From: Eledone cirrhosa
Taxonomy: Eukaryota
Direction: 5' to 3'
DNA length: 64,000 nt
NCBI GenBank assembly: GCA_964016885.1
Contig: OZ024750.1
Location: 12,524,001 to 12,588,000 of the forward strand
Part shown: positions 1 through 14,531 of the stretch, one piece after another
Layout: each line of letters opens with the position of its first letter
How positions within the stretch are numbered: the first letter of the stretch is position 1
Translations under genes and position numbers: made by a program
The notes under the pieces: model-generated
What the model saw: only the letters and a program-made list of their open reading frames with translations
Database searches by the model: none
Told to the model about the DNA's origin: nothing

Positions 1-197
1 AAATCTAGGAAAACCATCTCGATGGTGTTTTTACATTATTTTAATCCCAGTAATACAGTGATATGTTTTTATTGTTTTGTTTAATTAATGTTTTTTTTGT
101 TAATTAATTTTTTAATTTCTATAAAATACCATATAACACGGTGTTCTCTATTGGTAAATATTAATTAATAAAATTTATTTCTGCTTCTCATTAAAAG

Positions 198-251
198 GTT
201 TATTGCCCTAAAGTAATGGAATACTTATCATAATGACAGCTACAACAAAAT
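198..251 (+). other. Possible 54-nt non-coding 5'UTR exon
   Basis: Pyrimidine-rich tract plus AAG ending at 197 and a strong donor gtgagt at 252. Stops in all three frames. Splice signals are the only support. Confidence 0.25.
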
Positions 252-585
252 GTGAGTATATTCAATTTATATGAATTATGAATATTAATTAATTAAAAAT
301 TTCGAAAGCTTAAGTTTTGATTAGCTATTACGTATTTGAAATAGAATCCTTTAAATCATAATATTGTAATAAAACTGCTGACTCTATATATACTATAACA
401 GTTAAAGTGAATTAGTTTATATAGCTGACATGATTATTGCTAAAGTTGTGTACTTTAAACATTCTATAAACTTCATGTTTCTATTTTATTTATACAATAT
501 TTTTAACTTTATATTTCAATTACAATATTTTTGTTCTGTTTTCATTTTTTGTCTATATTTATTTATTTATCTAATATCTATAAAT

Positions 586-967
586 GTGCATGGCTTAGTG
601 GTTAGAGCACTGGGTTTGCAATCGAAAGGTTGTGAGTTCAGTTCTTGGACCGGGTGATGTGTTGTTTCCTTGAGCAAGACACTTTATTTCACATTGCTCC
701 AGTTTACTCAGCTGTAGAAATGAGATGATAGGGACCCCAGTCTCTATCATTCCACTGTAAAGTGGACGTGGAGGTGCCGTGGCAAAAAAGCACCCAGCAC
801 TCAGGGTAAATGAGGTTGGTGTTAGGAAGGGCATCCAGCTGTAGAAATTAAGCCAGAATCAGTTCCCGTATGAGCAAGAGAGCATCAGCCGACCGGACAC
901 TGCCCACAACAGGACAACCTGTCTAACCCATGCTAGCGTGGAAGAACGGACGTAAAACGGTGATGAT
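586..967 (+). mobile_element. tRNA-derived CORE-like SINE, near full length, with (GAT)n tail
   Basis: A box tggcttagtgg, B box gagttcagttc, CORE-like ccttgagcaagacactt; related copies elsewhere in the window. Confidence 0.85.
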
Positions 968-1269
968 ATATATTTGTCAATAAATATATTTTTCAGTTAA
1001 AATTAAAATATACGATTTTGTAATTTCAATCCTGTATACTCAAGGCAGAATTCTAGGAGAAGGAAAACTCTGATATAACACCTGCAACCCTGATGGTATC
1101 CAATGATGTTGACTTTTTCTTCTTTTTGGTAAATATCATCTTGGTTAAGAGAGTGGGACTGGCTTTGTGCAGTACCTTTGCTCACTATAAAAGCTTCACA
1201 GCACAGGCATTTCTTTATATCTGGAGATCTCTCTGCACTTGTCGTCATATGGTACCATGGGCCCAGCAC

Positions 1270-1424
1270 TGTGTCAATAATTGTCACAAGTGTAGTGTTT
1301 GTACCAGAGTTTTCAAGTCGCTGGCTGGACTAAAAAGTCACACTCTTTCAGGGCATCGGTAGGGGTTCTCCTACATGGATATAAAGTAGTGGCCATACTC
1401 GAAAACGAGTTGGCAGTCACCACC

Positions 1425-1425
<1 letters not shown>
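1270..1425 (+). mobile_element. Probable LINE 3' end with a C2H2-like terminal motif, followed by a (TA/TATG)n tail
   Basis: [19 protein letters not shown] then a stop, a short UTR and a microsatellite, as seen at the end of some RTE ORFs. Confidence 0.5.
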
Positions 1426-2104
<679 letters not shown>

Positions 2105-2200
2105 TGCCAAAGATATAAAAGATTAGATTTCCGCCCCTTTTAAGAAATATTTACTCAAAACTAGAGATGCTTCAGATATGGAGTAAGGATGGTTGTTTAA

Positions 2201-2434
2201 CCCTTTAACGTTTACATTACTCTATATATACTGTTATATTTTCAAGGTAAAGGCTTTATCTCACATAATTATCTCACATAATTATCTCACATAATATCGA
2301 AGCTATGAGATTTTGATATTATTTATTTTGAGAACAATACCTTAACATCCGTATGAGTGGCTGGTTACAGCTGGTTTGGACAGAAAGAGGTGAGAGAATT
2401 CTGGCCAGATACGGCCGGTTTAAATGCTAAAGGG
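2201..2434 (+). mobile_element. piggyBac-type MITE
   Basis: TTAA|CCCTTTAaCgTTT ... AAATGCTAAAGGG|TTAA termini; four copies in the window. Confidence 0.85.
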
Positions 2435-2757
2435 TTAAAGACATATTTGGATCTGTGTTTGGAAAACAATTTAAAGATATTTTGTACTTTATGAAATATT
2501 TCCCTTCATGTTTTGTTTACATCAAATGTTACTTAAAGCTTTCAAATGTCAGCATAATATGGTTTAGAAAGTCCGCTGCAGGTATTGGAAGCTGACTTTA
2601 TTCCATATAATTTAATTAACCTCTGTGATATGGACAAGTGGAACATATTTAAGATTGACAATAAGTTTAAGAAAAGAATATCTTATCTAAGACAAATAAT
2701 TTTATTTTCATTTTTAGTCTTTATAACAAAAGGGTCTATTTAAAATGCTTATGTATA

Positions 2758-2796
<39 letters not shown>

Positions 2797-2883
2797 ATAA
2801 GCTGTGATGATGATTATATATATATATATATAAAGAATTTTGCTAAACAAATTTTGTCTTATTATTTATCCTTAATAAAATGT

Positions 2884-3400
<517 letters not shown>

Positions 3401-5814
3401 TCAGGGTAATACTCTATGCATGGGAAGAAACAAAGTGATAAACCTAACCATGATGTTTTGTGGTTTGGGCTTATATACTTTCTCATATATACATAAGCTT
3501 ATTAAACACGAAATGTTTTTGTAGACTAGCTTTTAATTTTGTAATAAGAATGACATAAGTTTAAAGATGTTAGAAACTATTAAAAAGCAATTTGGGTTTT
3601 AGTTTCTAATTGAATTCCACTAAGTCTGGCCATTTCTCAACATTAGATCTTGCTAAAATGTTTGCCTTCAAGCGCAAATATTTTATTGTTAAATTCATTA
3701 AAATAGAATATTTACTAATTTCATTCTCGTTTCATTTGATTAAATTTCAATAATTTCAAATTAATTTCTTTATATATTCTCAGATATTTGATTGAGGAAA
3801 ACAAATAATCAGTGTATCTTATGACGTATTATTTTAGTTTTATCGTTTACTTTCAGTTGATATGAATCATTTGATAAAACCTTATATTGATATTTGTTCA
3901 ATCATCACATATTAAATATACAAGTTCAACCACTAATTATGGTTACTATTGGATCATCATCGTTTAATGTCTATCTTCCACGCTAGCATGGGTTTAGACG
4001 GCAATTGTCCCACTTGAGGCAAGATTGGTTGTCTTGCTCATATAGGGCTGTCTGGCAGGTTTTCTACAGCTGGATGTCCTTCCTAACACTAACCATGTTT
4101 GATATGTATATATATATATATGGATACACATATATATATGTGCATATATATGGATAAATATATATATATATGTGCATATATATGGATAAATATATATATA
4201 TATGTGCATATATATGGATAAATATATATATATGTGCATATATATGGATAAATATATATATATATATATATGTGCATATATATGGATAAATATATATATA
4301 TATATATGTGCATATATATGGATAAATATATATATATATATGTACATATATATGGATAAATATATATATATATACATATATATGTACATCTATATCCATG
4401 TGTGTGCACGTGTATAAATATATATATATATATAAAATATGTAGTTTAGAAAGCCACAACAATGCAGATGGGAAATCTCGAGGTAGGAAGTGAGTGAGAA
4501 ATAGAAAATATATATATATGTATGTGTATATATCGACTTCCTATGAGAGTAACCGCAATAGTTGTATTACTGTGTTTGTATGTGAATTGGTATAAGTGTG
4601 TGTGTCTGTATACATGTGTGTGTGTGCTTAAATGAATAAGTGAGTAGCTGTGTGTAAGAATAACAGTAACAGTGAGAGATCAAGAATTTGACCACGTTCA
4701 TGTTTTATTTTCTTTATTATCTCGTATTTCCATATGTGCCTTTATTAAAATACCAGTTCTCCAGAGGTCATATTGGTCAGTCTCCAGAGGTCATAATAAC
4801 ATCAATATCTCTGGCCTTATCTACATGGTTTATAGTCAACACATTGATTTTTGCCTTTTGAAAAGAAAAAAGCAGAAAATGATGAAGTTGCTATTTTGTA
4901 TCACTTGTTTTTGGTTGTTGCTTTTGCGGTTTACATTTTCTGACTAATATGCAAATAGCTCAATCAGAGAACAGCTAAAAAATTGAAATATATGTATATA
5001 GTGTTGGTTTTGAATCTCATAATCTATTGATTTGTATTAACACTACAGATGACACTCTTTAAACTGTAACTCTGGAGAAAACCTACCCAATAAATTCCTT
5101 CTCAGAAAATTTATACATAAGATTAGAAAGCAGGATTTCAAGCTAATGAAATAATTCTTCATTTTCTTAATGTTTTATAACAAAGAGATATAGTCTATCA
5201 AGTAAGAAAAGTTAAACGATTTTGGTTACAAGTATAGTGGTCATGAGTGACAGGATAGATATAGAAGTTTTATAGTTACTGTTGCTCCTTACTATATTAT
5301 CCTAGCCAGCTTGACAAGTTCAGATTGAAGAGCAGAAAGGTGAGGAAATAAATTACAAGAAAGGTTTAGCTAGTTCACATAAACCTGTGCTACTTAAAGA
5401 TTCTAATTGACATTAGATGGTATGTAAATAAGAAGAAAATAGTTGATGTTCCTAAGGATCAATATTCTGCAAATCACTGACCTGTTTTGATTGATATCAG
5501 GCAACAAGTGATGTCAAAGTGAAAACAAATGTTACAGGATTTGAAAAATAGCTTGGAGCAATGCCAGGAGTCTAGTTGGGAAGCATGATGATAGATATTT
5601 TACTTACCTAAGAGATTTTCTTGTTCTACATCATAAGAATGCATGGCAGGAATAGCCAGTGTTCACAGGAATAAGAATTACATTGAGAAGTGTTTTCAAA
5701 ATGAGGCAAGCATACATGATATAAGTAACAATAAAAAGAAAGAGGTACAGAAATGTTACCATATGACATGGTTGGATTTAGACCTGGAGGGGGGCAGGAG
5801 CAGCACTTGTTTCA

Positions 5815-6060
5815 GGAAAGAATCACTGGACTGATTTTACAAGTAAAACCAACTGGCAGGAGTCCCAGCGGTATACCCTCAGCAAGATGGTTGTATAACA
5901 TTCATGAGTTCAGTTGGTTTCATTTGGGGATCCAGCCAGATAAATTGGAGATGATTACTTCCGACAGGACTCACTGGAAGGCGTGCTTGAGGAGTCTGTC
6001 CAGCCCCCTCTATGGCCCCTTCACCCAAGGAATATATGGGCAAAGAAGAAGAGGGAAGAG
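5815..6060 (+). mobile_element. RTE-clade (Expander/Rex3-like) LINE 3' fragment. Further copies at approx 6670-6945(-), 33835-34245(-), 38105-38385(+), 50125-50370(-), 52200-52275(-), 61695-61900(-)
   Basis: Translation KPTGRSPSGIPSARWLYNIHEFSWFHLGIQPDKLEMITSDRTHWKACLRSL resembles the recalled RTE ORF C-terminus PTGRRPRGRPRTRW.D....L.W..LGI....L..VA..R..W..LL. Confidence 0.8.
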
Positions 6061-7294
6061 GAAAAGCTAACAAATGTCAGCAGCAACTTAACTATTGTTC
6101 ACATTTTAGAGATAAAGTTCTTCTAGAATTACAGCAACCTAAAGTTACTATCAGTAAAAGTGTTCTTATGATTGATCGGATTCGAGTCTCCTCAAATTTT
6201 AACAAATCAGAGTAATTGTTTATTACAAATATTGAAAACAGCCATTAATTCAGACTTGATTTGAAAAAGAAATGAATTATATTATACTGGAGTAATTTGT
6301 ATTTTTAACTATATAGTAAATGTAAAGATTATTAAATTAACTTAATTTATTCATTATTAAATGAAGATATTTTAATGGAAGTAATCTTAAGAGTTTTATA
6401 ATGTTATAGAAATATGTTTTTCTCAGTTTTACATGATTTTTTTTTTTTTTTGTCTCTTTCTAGAGATTTGCAGAAAATAATTTAAATATCCAACCCAACA
6501 TTCTAAATGAAATTAGTTTTGTTGATGTCTCTACATTAATTAGCTAATTTCTAATTATTGATTAATTTAATTAGCATTTTATGATTTAATAAGTGAATAT
6601 ATATCAGCTCTTAAAACTTATCTATATCAATGATTAAAAAAATATTATAACTGATAAATGTCTGAATTATTTCTTCTTCTTCATTGCCCACTTATATCTG
6701 AGAGGATCGTGGGGGCAGTCTTCAAAAACTCCTTCTAATGGGTCCTGTCAGAAGCAATCATCTCCAACTAATCTGGCTGGATCCCCAAGCAAGACCAGCC
6801 AGACTCATAGACGTTGTCCATCTTGCTCGGGATCTACCTATGGGTCTCCTACCTGTTGGTTTTGCCCATAAAATCTCTCCAGTGATTCTTTCTTGAGATA
6901 TTCTAACCACATGCCCATAGTATCGGAGCTGTGATCTCTCAATGCCTGAATCACATTTTTTTAAATACTAAAACATTTGAAATTACATATTTATTATTGT
7001 CATCTTAAGAATTCCTTAGAATGACAATACATTTAATTTGATAAAAGAAATGGTGCCTCTCTTCCCTTGATGTTCTAAGTGTGTGTTTATTTTATTTAAT
7101 GATTAATCTAACCTTGGATACAGTATAGTGTTGCTATCAAGGTTTGAACTGCTGGTCTTCCACTTCATAGTGTAACATTCTACCATCTAGACCAATTGTT
7201 ATAGTGTATATGATACAGTACAGTGTTGCTATCAAGGTTTGAACTGCTGACTCTACAACTGATAGTCTAATATTCTACCAACCAACTGTTATAG

Positions 7295-7634
7295 GTAAAG
7301 ACCTCCTTTAGTCACAAATCACCATGAGATTTGCACCTAGAAAGTTTCCCTCTGAATCACAAGTCCGGGCAAGGTTGTTTGTGGAAGACCAGCAGTCACC
7401 TATGCATACCAGCCTCCCCTCTCCATGCCACCAATGATGTCCAAGGGAAAGGCAATGGCCGATACAGCTTGACACAAGTGACATCACAACTCATTTCTTT
7501 CTATAGTTGAGTAAACTGGAACAACGTGAAATAAAGTGTCTTGCTCACACAATGCATCACCTGGTCTAAAAATCGAACTCATAACCTCCTGATTGCAAGC
7601 CCAGTGCTCTAACCACTAAGCCATGCACCTTCAC
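7295..7634 (-). mobile_element. CORE-like SINE with a different 3' half and a 15-bp target-site duplication
   Basis: Same head and core as the copy at 586. TSD aaccaactgttatag at 7280-7294 and 7635-7649. Confidence 0.88.
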
Positions 7635-8552
7635 AACCAACTGTTATAGTGTGTATGATACAGTACAGTGTTGCTATCAAGGTATGAGCTGCTGACTCTA
7701 CAACTGATAATCTAACATTCTACCAACAGTTATAGCTGTATGTACTGCTGTGTGTATCATTGATAAGTGTTGAATTATTTGAAAGTCATGATATTATCAA
7801 CAATTACTTTAAACCGTTTATTTAGTTTTCTATAATCCACACACGAACCAAAGAACAAAGTGTATTTATTTATAGTCAGTATCTTTGAATATATGAGAAG
7901 TTGAGAAGTTGAGATTTTGTAAGTTATGAAAGAACATCAGTATCAGTATAATGATATTCTTTGTAAATTTGTTGTAACTCTGTACTTTCACTTTATAATG
8001 GAAAGGTCAACATTACCACCTACTGTATTAGATTTGTTGCATAGGTATGAAACTTCAGGTTTCTCAGGAAGTGATCAATTGTGACATTTGATCTTCCATA
8101 AAAGTTTTAACAACATTACTGAAGCATTTACCATATTACAGAACCTGCCACTTATAATAATACATTCTTTGATACATAATTATTTACTTAATTAATATTG
8201 AAGCTAGAGTATGTGATAAGTGGAAATTAGAATGATAGTGAGGCAGAGAGCTTTGTGTACATATTAAGAATATATCATCAAAATTATTATCTCAATGGCA
8301 TTACTGAAATCCTTTATTCAAACTGTTCTTAAGTCCTGATCCTATATCCTCATCGCTATTATAAAACCTAATCCTGATATCTGTTCTAACTACCAAATGT
8401 CAACTTCCTACCAATATTTCATTTGCACAACCAAATATATTCCTCATACATTACATATTCATATTACACTATCCTTTATTTAGAGAAATACTTTCTTTGT
8501 CACTAAAAAGTAAATCATTTTCCTCACCCATTTTTAGTTTTATATTCTATCC

Positions 8553-8871
8553 CAGGGGCGTGCAACAGGCGGCCCGTGGGCCACAAGCTGGCCCGCCGGA
8601 CCAATCAGAGTGGCCTGCAATGACCGTTTTATCATTTTTACCTTTAGGCTTATTTAGAATTTTTTTCGTAACCGTAATACAATTTTCTGTTAGTTGACCT
8701 ATACTAAAGGGCTTCACTGATAGGGTTGTGCGTGTTATAATTTCCTAGTTCCATGTTACGAGAAGAAGTTGTGGTGAATTTTTGGAATAGTGCTTAATAA
8801 ATATTAATGGCTCTAATAGTTGTTCCAATTTTCAAAAGTGGCCCGCCAATAGAATATATTGCACACCCCTA
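8553..8871. mobile_element. hAT-superfamily (Charlie-like) MITE
   Basis: TIRs caggggcgtgcaa / ttgcacacccct(a); 8-bp TSD TTCTATCC at 8545-8552 and 8872-8879; subterminal GGCCCG motifs. Confidence 0.88.
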
Positions 8872-9055
8872 TTCTATCCTATTCCCTTCTCTTTCTTCAA
8901 TAAGATCACTTAGAACAATGTTACCTTTTGCAAACCAGCTCATATAGTTAAATGAATCAGATTATTTGATCATTTAAACAGTTTTATCAGTTTACCAATC
9001 TATCAGAAGAAGAATCCTAGTACTGGATTGGTACTATATTAATCGACTCCCCACA

Positions 9056-9241
9056 ATGATGATGATGGTGGTGGTGGTGGTGGTGGTGGTGGTGGTGGTG
9101 GTGGTGGTGGTGGTGGTGGTGGTGGTGGTGGTGGTGGTGGTGGTGGTGGTGGTGGTGGTGGTGGTGGTGGTGGTGGTGGTGGTGGTGGTGGTGGTGGTGG
9201 TGGTGGTGGTGGTGGTGGTGGTGGTGGTCGTCGTCGTCGTT
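9056..9241 (+). repeat. Compound (GAT)n(GGT)~53(CGT)n microsatellite
   Basis: Read directly. Confidence 0.95.
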
Positions 9242-9520
9242 TAATGTCTATCTTCCACGCTAGCATGGGTTAGACGGGAATTGTCCCACTTGAGGCAAAA
9301 TTGGTTGGGCGACCGTGTCTCGCTCATATAGGGCTATCTGGCAGGTTTTCTACGGCTGGATGCCCTTCCTAACACCAACCACATTTACAGTGTGGACTGG
9401 GAGCTTTTAACCGTGTTGCCTACACGACCACATTACAACATGGACTGTGTGTTTTTTTTGTCGTGACACCTACACGACCTCATTAGTTTGGACTGGATGT
9501 TGTGGTACCAACATAACTTT
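9228..9520 (-). mobile_element. 5'-truncated SINE 3' module. Other copies at approx 3955-4098, 12077-12280, 15095-15260(+), 19710-19970, 20420-20563(+), 29330-29500, 32330-32640, 37716-37980, 42770-42925
   Basis: Recurrent ctacggctggatgcccttcctaacaccaacc motif with a usually (CAT)n terminus; shares the 3' end of the SINE at 586. Confidence 0.8.
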
Positions 9521-12500
9521 ATAGAGAAAGAGGTGGTGTTGGCGGGAGTGGAAAGATGGAGTAGGGGGAGTGGGTTGTGGTGTATGTTTGGTTGTATGAA
9601 AGACAAAATTGATCTCAGCAGGATTTGAACTCAAAAACTCAGATTATAGAGCCAGAATAAATACAGCAAATTATTCTACAACTTTGCCAACTTGAAACTT
9701 TAGAGATTAGGTTGGCACCACTTAGTCTGTGTATTTCATCATTGCAACCCTTAACACACAGAACTTAGCCATTTCCCAATGTGTGTAAATATATTCCCCA
9801 AGGAAGTATTAACAATATTTCATGTTGCCCTCTCTGACAACTAATAATTATGATGTCATGTAAAATATTGAAATTCTATTTACTATTTGACTAAATTCAC
9901 TTTTACAAATATTATTTTTATAAAGTCATATTTTTCCACCTTAGAATAATTTGGAAAACTATGTCTGTATTCTATAAATATTAGTACAATTCTCAATTTA
10001 ATTTCACATAAAATACTAACTCAAAATGTTAAAATGTTGGTAAATGTTTATTTTATATTCTTGCATAAATCCCTATAAATAGAAATGCTAGCATATCTGA
10101 AATTCCAATATGAATACTTTGCCAAGTATTTCTTCTGTAAATTATATATGCACCTGGATGTTTTTCAAAGATATATTTAGAAATATGGTGAATGTGCAGA
10201 TGGCTAAGATAAGCTAAGAACCAGCTGACAGCTTGTTGGTTCATATCTTGTCATCAGTTCCATGTTGGTTCCATGGAAAGGTTAACTTCACTCCACTAAA
10301 AAATGTACCAATAGCCAGAAACAATCTGTTGCTATAAGCAGTAAGAGGACAGACAGAACAGAGTTGGCTGCCTGCAGATGTGAGCCTCGCAAGGGAGACT
10401 GGCTGTATCAGCATATCTCCCTTGCCGTCTTCTGGGGCAATGCCTTCTCCATCCTGCTGGCTGGGACCCAGAGATGGAGGGCAAGTTAGTTGGTGGTGGA
10501 GGGGACTCATTGGGATGTCACTTCCACACATTTATTGAATACAGGATATATATGATTAAGATATGTCTTCAGAGAGAAGCAATGGAAGAAGGAAAGGTAA
10601 GATAACAACCAGTAATGCACTGGGGTCAATTTAATCCCCCCCCCCCCCCAAAAAAAAACATTGCCGGCCTTGTGCCTAAATCAGAAACCATTATAGGCTT
10701 GGTGACATGAGCAATGCTTTACTAGCTACAATTTTATTCATCTTCAAGAGGAGTGTTTAGAATATTGTGTATAATACTTAGTGAAGAAATAATTTAAATA
10801 CCTTGTTGATGTCACTAATAGTTAAGAGGGTGGGTGTTAGTTTGCATTTGCTCATATTCAACCTATTGAGAGCTATTTTGTAAAGTTTGTAAGAAATGTA
10901 GTAATTGAATATGGCGACTTAAATTGTGAGCTAGAAAGAAGAATGTATGGCTTGATGGTGTCAAGGATGTGTCTGTCACGCTGCTTCTGTTGGAACTCTC
11001 TTAACTTTCAGAATTTTAGAATTGTTAGCCTTCTCTATTGTTTTCACTAGGACCACGGGGTGGCCAGCGCGTGGGCTCTCATTTACATATAATAGTGCGA
11101 GAGACACAAAGGCAGTGAGTGGAAGAAAGAGAACATTAACACACACACACCAACTTGATAAGACAAAGAAAGTTGAGAAGAGTGAAAATTCTTTTCATTG
11201 CTGTCATTAGTTCATTTCTACCCATTTTCCCATGTAATAAATATCTGTTACCGTTCTTATATGTAATTGATGTTGATGACTGCAATAATTACTTTAGGCC
11301 ATGTTTTAAATTTAGTATGTGTTTGTGATATTGTTACTTCCTTAGGCTTTTCAGTTTCGGGAATTCCGTGAGGCTTTTCTGGTATCTGTTGAAAAGGATT
11401 GGTTGTGATCTGGACAGAAGGTGTATATGGCTTGTTTCTATTTTCTTAGTATGGTATCGGAAAAGTTTTTGGTAAAAGACTTTACATGCTGGGTTATTTG
11501 AAGCTATTATTGGGATGGAATGTTCCATTATTAGAGTTATTGATGTTACTAATTACTTTCTATAATGTTTTACTGTTGCAGGTGGGTAAGGGGGGAGGGA
11601 CTTGTGCCAAATATAAAAATATACCAGTTTGCTTATTCTCTCATCAGTTTACTTTGCTGTTTTTCTTGACACAGTTTCATTTTAAGTATATGGGGACTTA
11701 ACAGATTTTGTTTGAAGTTATTGCTGGGTTTTATTAGGTTAACTATTTCAATTCTGTAAATTGGTTTATAAATTTTTACCAAATCATATTTATATACAGG
11801 TACCCCAGCATGGTCTCAGCCTGTCAAATGGAACATGTAATAGAGTAATACAAGTTAAGTTTTTTTTTAATAAAAAGGTGTAATGTGAAAAGCAGTGAGA
11901 TATGTAGATAATAAAATTGTCATTTCTGTGAGAAATGATAGAAACCGCTAAAGGGGAAACTATTTTTCTAACTTATCTAACTGGAGCCTGTTTTCAAGGA
12001 ATAGATGAATGCAGAATTGTGGGATATCAAATATAAAACTATTTAAAATCAAAAATACAATTTTAAATGACTTTACATCATCATCATACGTCCATCTTCC
12101 GCGCTAGCATGGGTTAGACGGGAGTTGTCCCAATTTGAGGCAAGGTTGGTCGGGTGACCATGTCTCGCTCATATAGGACTATTTGGCAGGCTTTCTACGG
12201 CTGGATGCCCTTCCTAACACCAACCACATTTACAGTGTAGACTGGGAACTTTTTACCATGTTACCTACATGGTCACATAATATATAGATATGTACTTTTA
12301 GATTTTGTCTCCTCTAATATCTCTAAAACAAAATATACTTCATTCAGCAGTTTTAAAGCATCTTGAAGTGTTGCTATTTTCTATGAAATAAAACCTATCT
12401 GTTGAGAAGTTATCTCTTGAAGAGCCCCTAAAATTGATGAGTTACATCTTAGTCAATGCTATTATGATTCTCCTTTAACAATGATGTAATGGAAATATAA

Positions 12501-12690
12501 ACACCATAAGACAGAGAGATAATCCATCATTGTCTGCAATTATTAGAACAATTGAGAAGACAATGAAAGCTATAACTCTTAGAAATGTAGCTGATCTCTC
12601 AATCGTGAAAAGCTTGCTTTATTAAATCGCTTATCAGTATTTGTTCAGTTGTAAAAATTATTAGTTTATTGCAGTTACTTTCCTGGTTTG

Positions 12691-12736
<46 letters not shown>

Positions 12737-13734
12737 TTTATCAAGAAAATCACAGAATTTGTTCAGTTCTTCAGACAGTAAATTCAAGGAATAAAACAAG
12801 ATTTGAATTAGTTATTTATAGATCTCTATAGGTAAACACTACACGGGCTACAAAATGAACAAGAATTACAGAAAAAAAGGTAAAATAAAATAATACAAAA
12901 AAAGAAGAAAACCAAGGTAGGTTCGAAGCAAGAAATACACATATCAAATTAAAGAAAACATTTATAGTACGATGCAACCAAAGAAATTTTCTTCTCTTCA
13001 CATGCCTTTTGTTGGCATCCCCTTTTCTGTATCAAGAACTAGTTGATGTTGACCATTTTTGATAGTATTGCCTGGGAGGTTAAGATTGTAGAATATTGAC
13101 AAGCTTGTTTTTATGAGTTCAGACATAAATATTATTATTGCTATGATGTCCTTGTGAAGTATTTATCTAATGTAGGCGGTATCAGCTTGCTTAACTGATA
13201 GTAGACATAACTTCTAATACACAGTTGAGTGCTCAACTACAAGAGTGTATCCAACTCTAAAGTAAGTGCTCTGTCAAAACCATCCAATATATATATAAAT
13301 ACACACACACCCACACACACCCATATATATTTACACACACACACACACATACATACACATACATATATCTACACACACACATATATATATACATATGTAT
13401 ACACAAACACATACATGTATACATGCACACACACACATGCACACGCAGACACAGACACGCATAGACAGACATACACACACACACAGACACACATAGGCAC
13501 ACAGACACACGCACAGACACGCATAGACAAACATACACACACAGACACACAGACAGACATACATAGGCACACAGACAGACAGACACACACAAGGATTTAT
13601 AAATGGAGATATCTACTTGGTTTTGGCTAGTAATGTTTTTGTTGTTCCTGTAAATACTTCACATAAGAAGAACTAATCATATTAACACGAGTTCATACGA
13701 TTTGTTTTATTGCACTTTTTGTTTTCCACTTTTA

Positions 13735-13815
13735 TTATTCCTGAGGAGGCGATGAAAACTAATTAATCGAAATTATTGATTATATCTTCTTGTCACCGAA
13801 ACCTATGTAGAATAA
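13735..13815 (+). ncRNA. Degenerate type-I hammerhead motif
   Basis: ttattc CTGAGGA ggcgatga...ttgtcacc GAAA cctatg TA gaataa. Perfect 6-bp stem I, stem II base with one mismatch, GUA triplet; stem III is one substitution from the palindrome catatg. Confidence 0.65.
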
Positions 13816-14531
13816 AAAATGTTTTGATCTCTGCAAACTCTTTGGTTTTCTTTTCAACACGTACATACGTTATATATATATATGTGTGTATGTATATGTG
13901 TGTGTGTGTGTGTGTGTATATACGTGTGTATATATGTGTGTGTGTGTGTGGATGTGTGTGTGTGTGTGGGTGTGTATATATATATATACGTATATGTGTA
14001 TACATACATATATATATATACGTGTGTATATGTATATATACGTGTGTATATGTATAGCTTTAGGTTACTGTTGGTTCACCACCTTCAGCACTCGATGTGT
14101 AGGTGGGTCTGTTTCAATCTAGCACTTGGTGTTACACATTTGGTGTTAAGGTATGGTTGATTTCCCTCATAAACAGTGTAATAGTAAAAATAGATAGGAA
14201 TGAGGTGATCGTTATTGATCAGCTGTAGGTTCGATCTGTATCGATCAGGCCCAACTCTGTAATCAAAAGCTCATCAGATTCTTGGTTCATTATATGTACT
14301 GATGAGCTCCTGTGGTTTCCATCTCTAAAATTCCATGCATATATCATTGATCAACTTGATCCTATACTGCCAGACACTTGCCCAATCTGCTGTGGGACTT
14401 GAACCCAGCACAACCTGGTTGAAAAACAAACTCATTGACCACACAACCATGGCTACCTCATATGTAAATGTTTATAGCTTAGCTTCTAATTTATATACAT
14501 ATGTATGGAAAGTGGTCATGTAGGAACAACA

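Noticed and set aside
586-660. tRNA gene
   Set aside because: The tRNA-like head continues into a SINE core and tail, and no intact acceptor stem is seen.
9039-9266. Poly-Pro and poly-Val ORFs
   Set aside because: Translation of the (GGT)n microsatellite.
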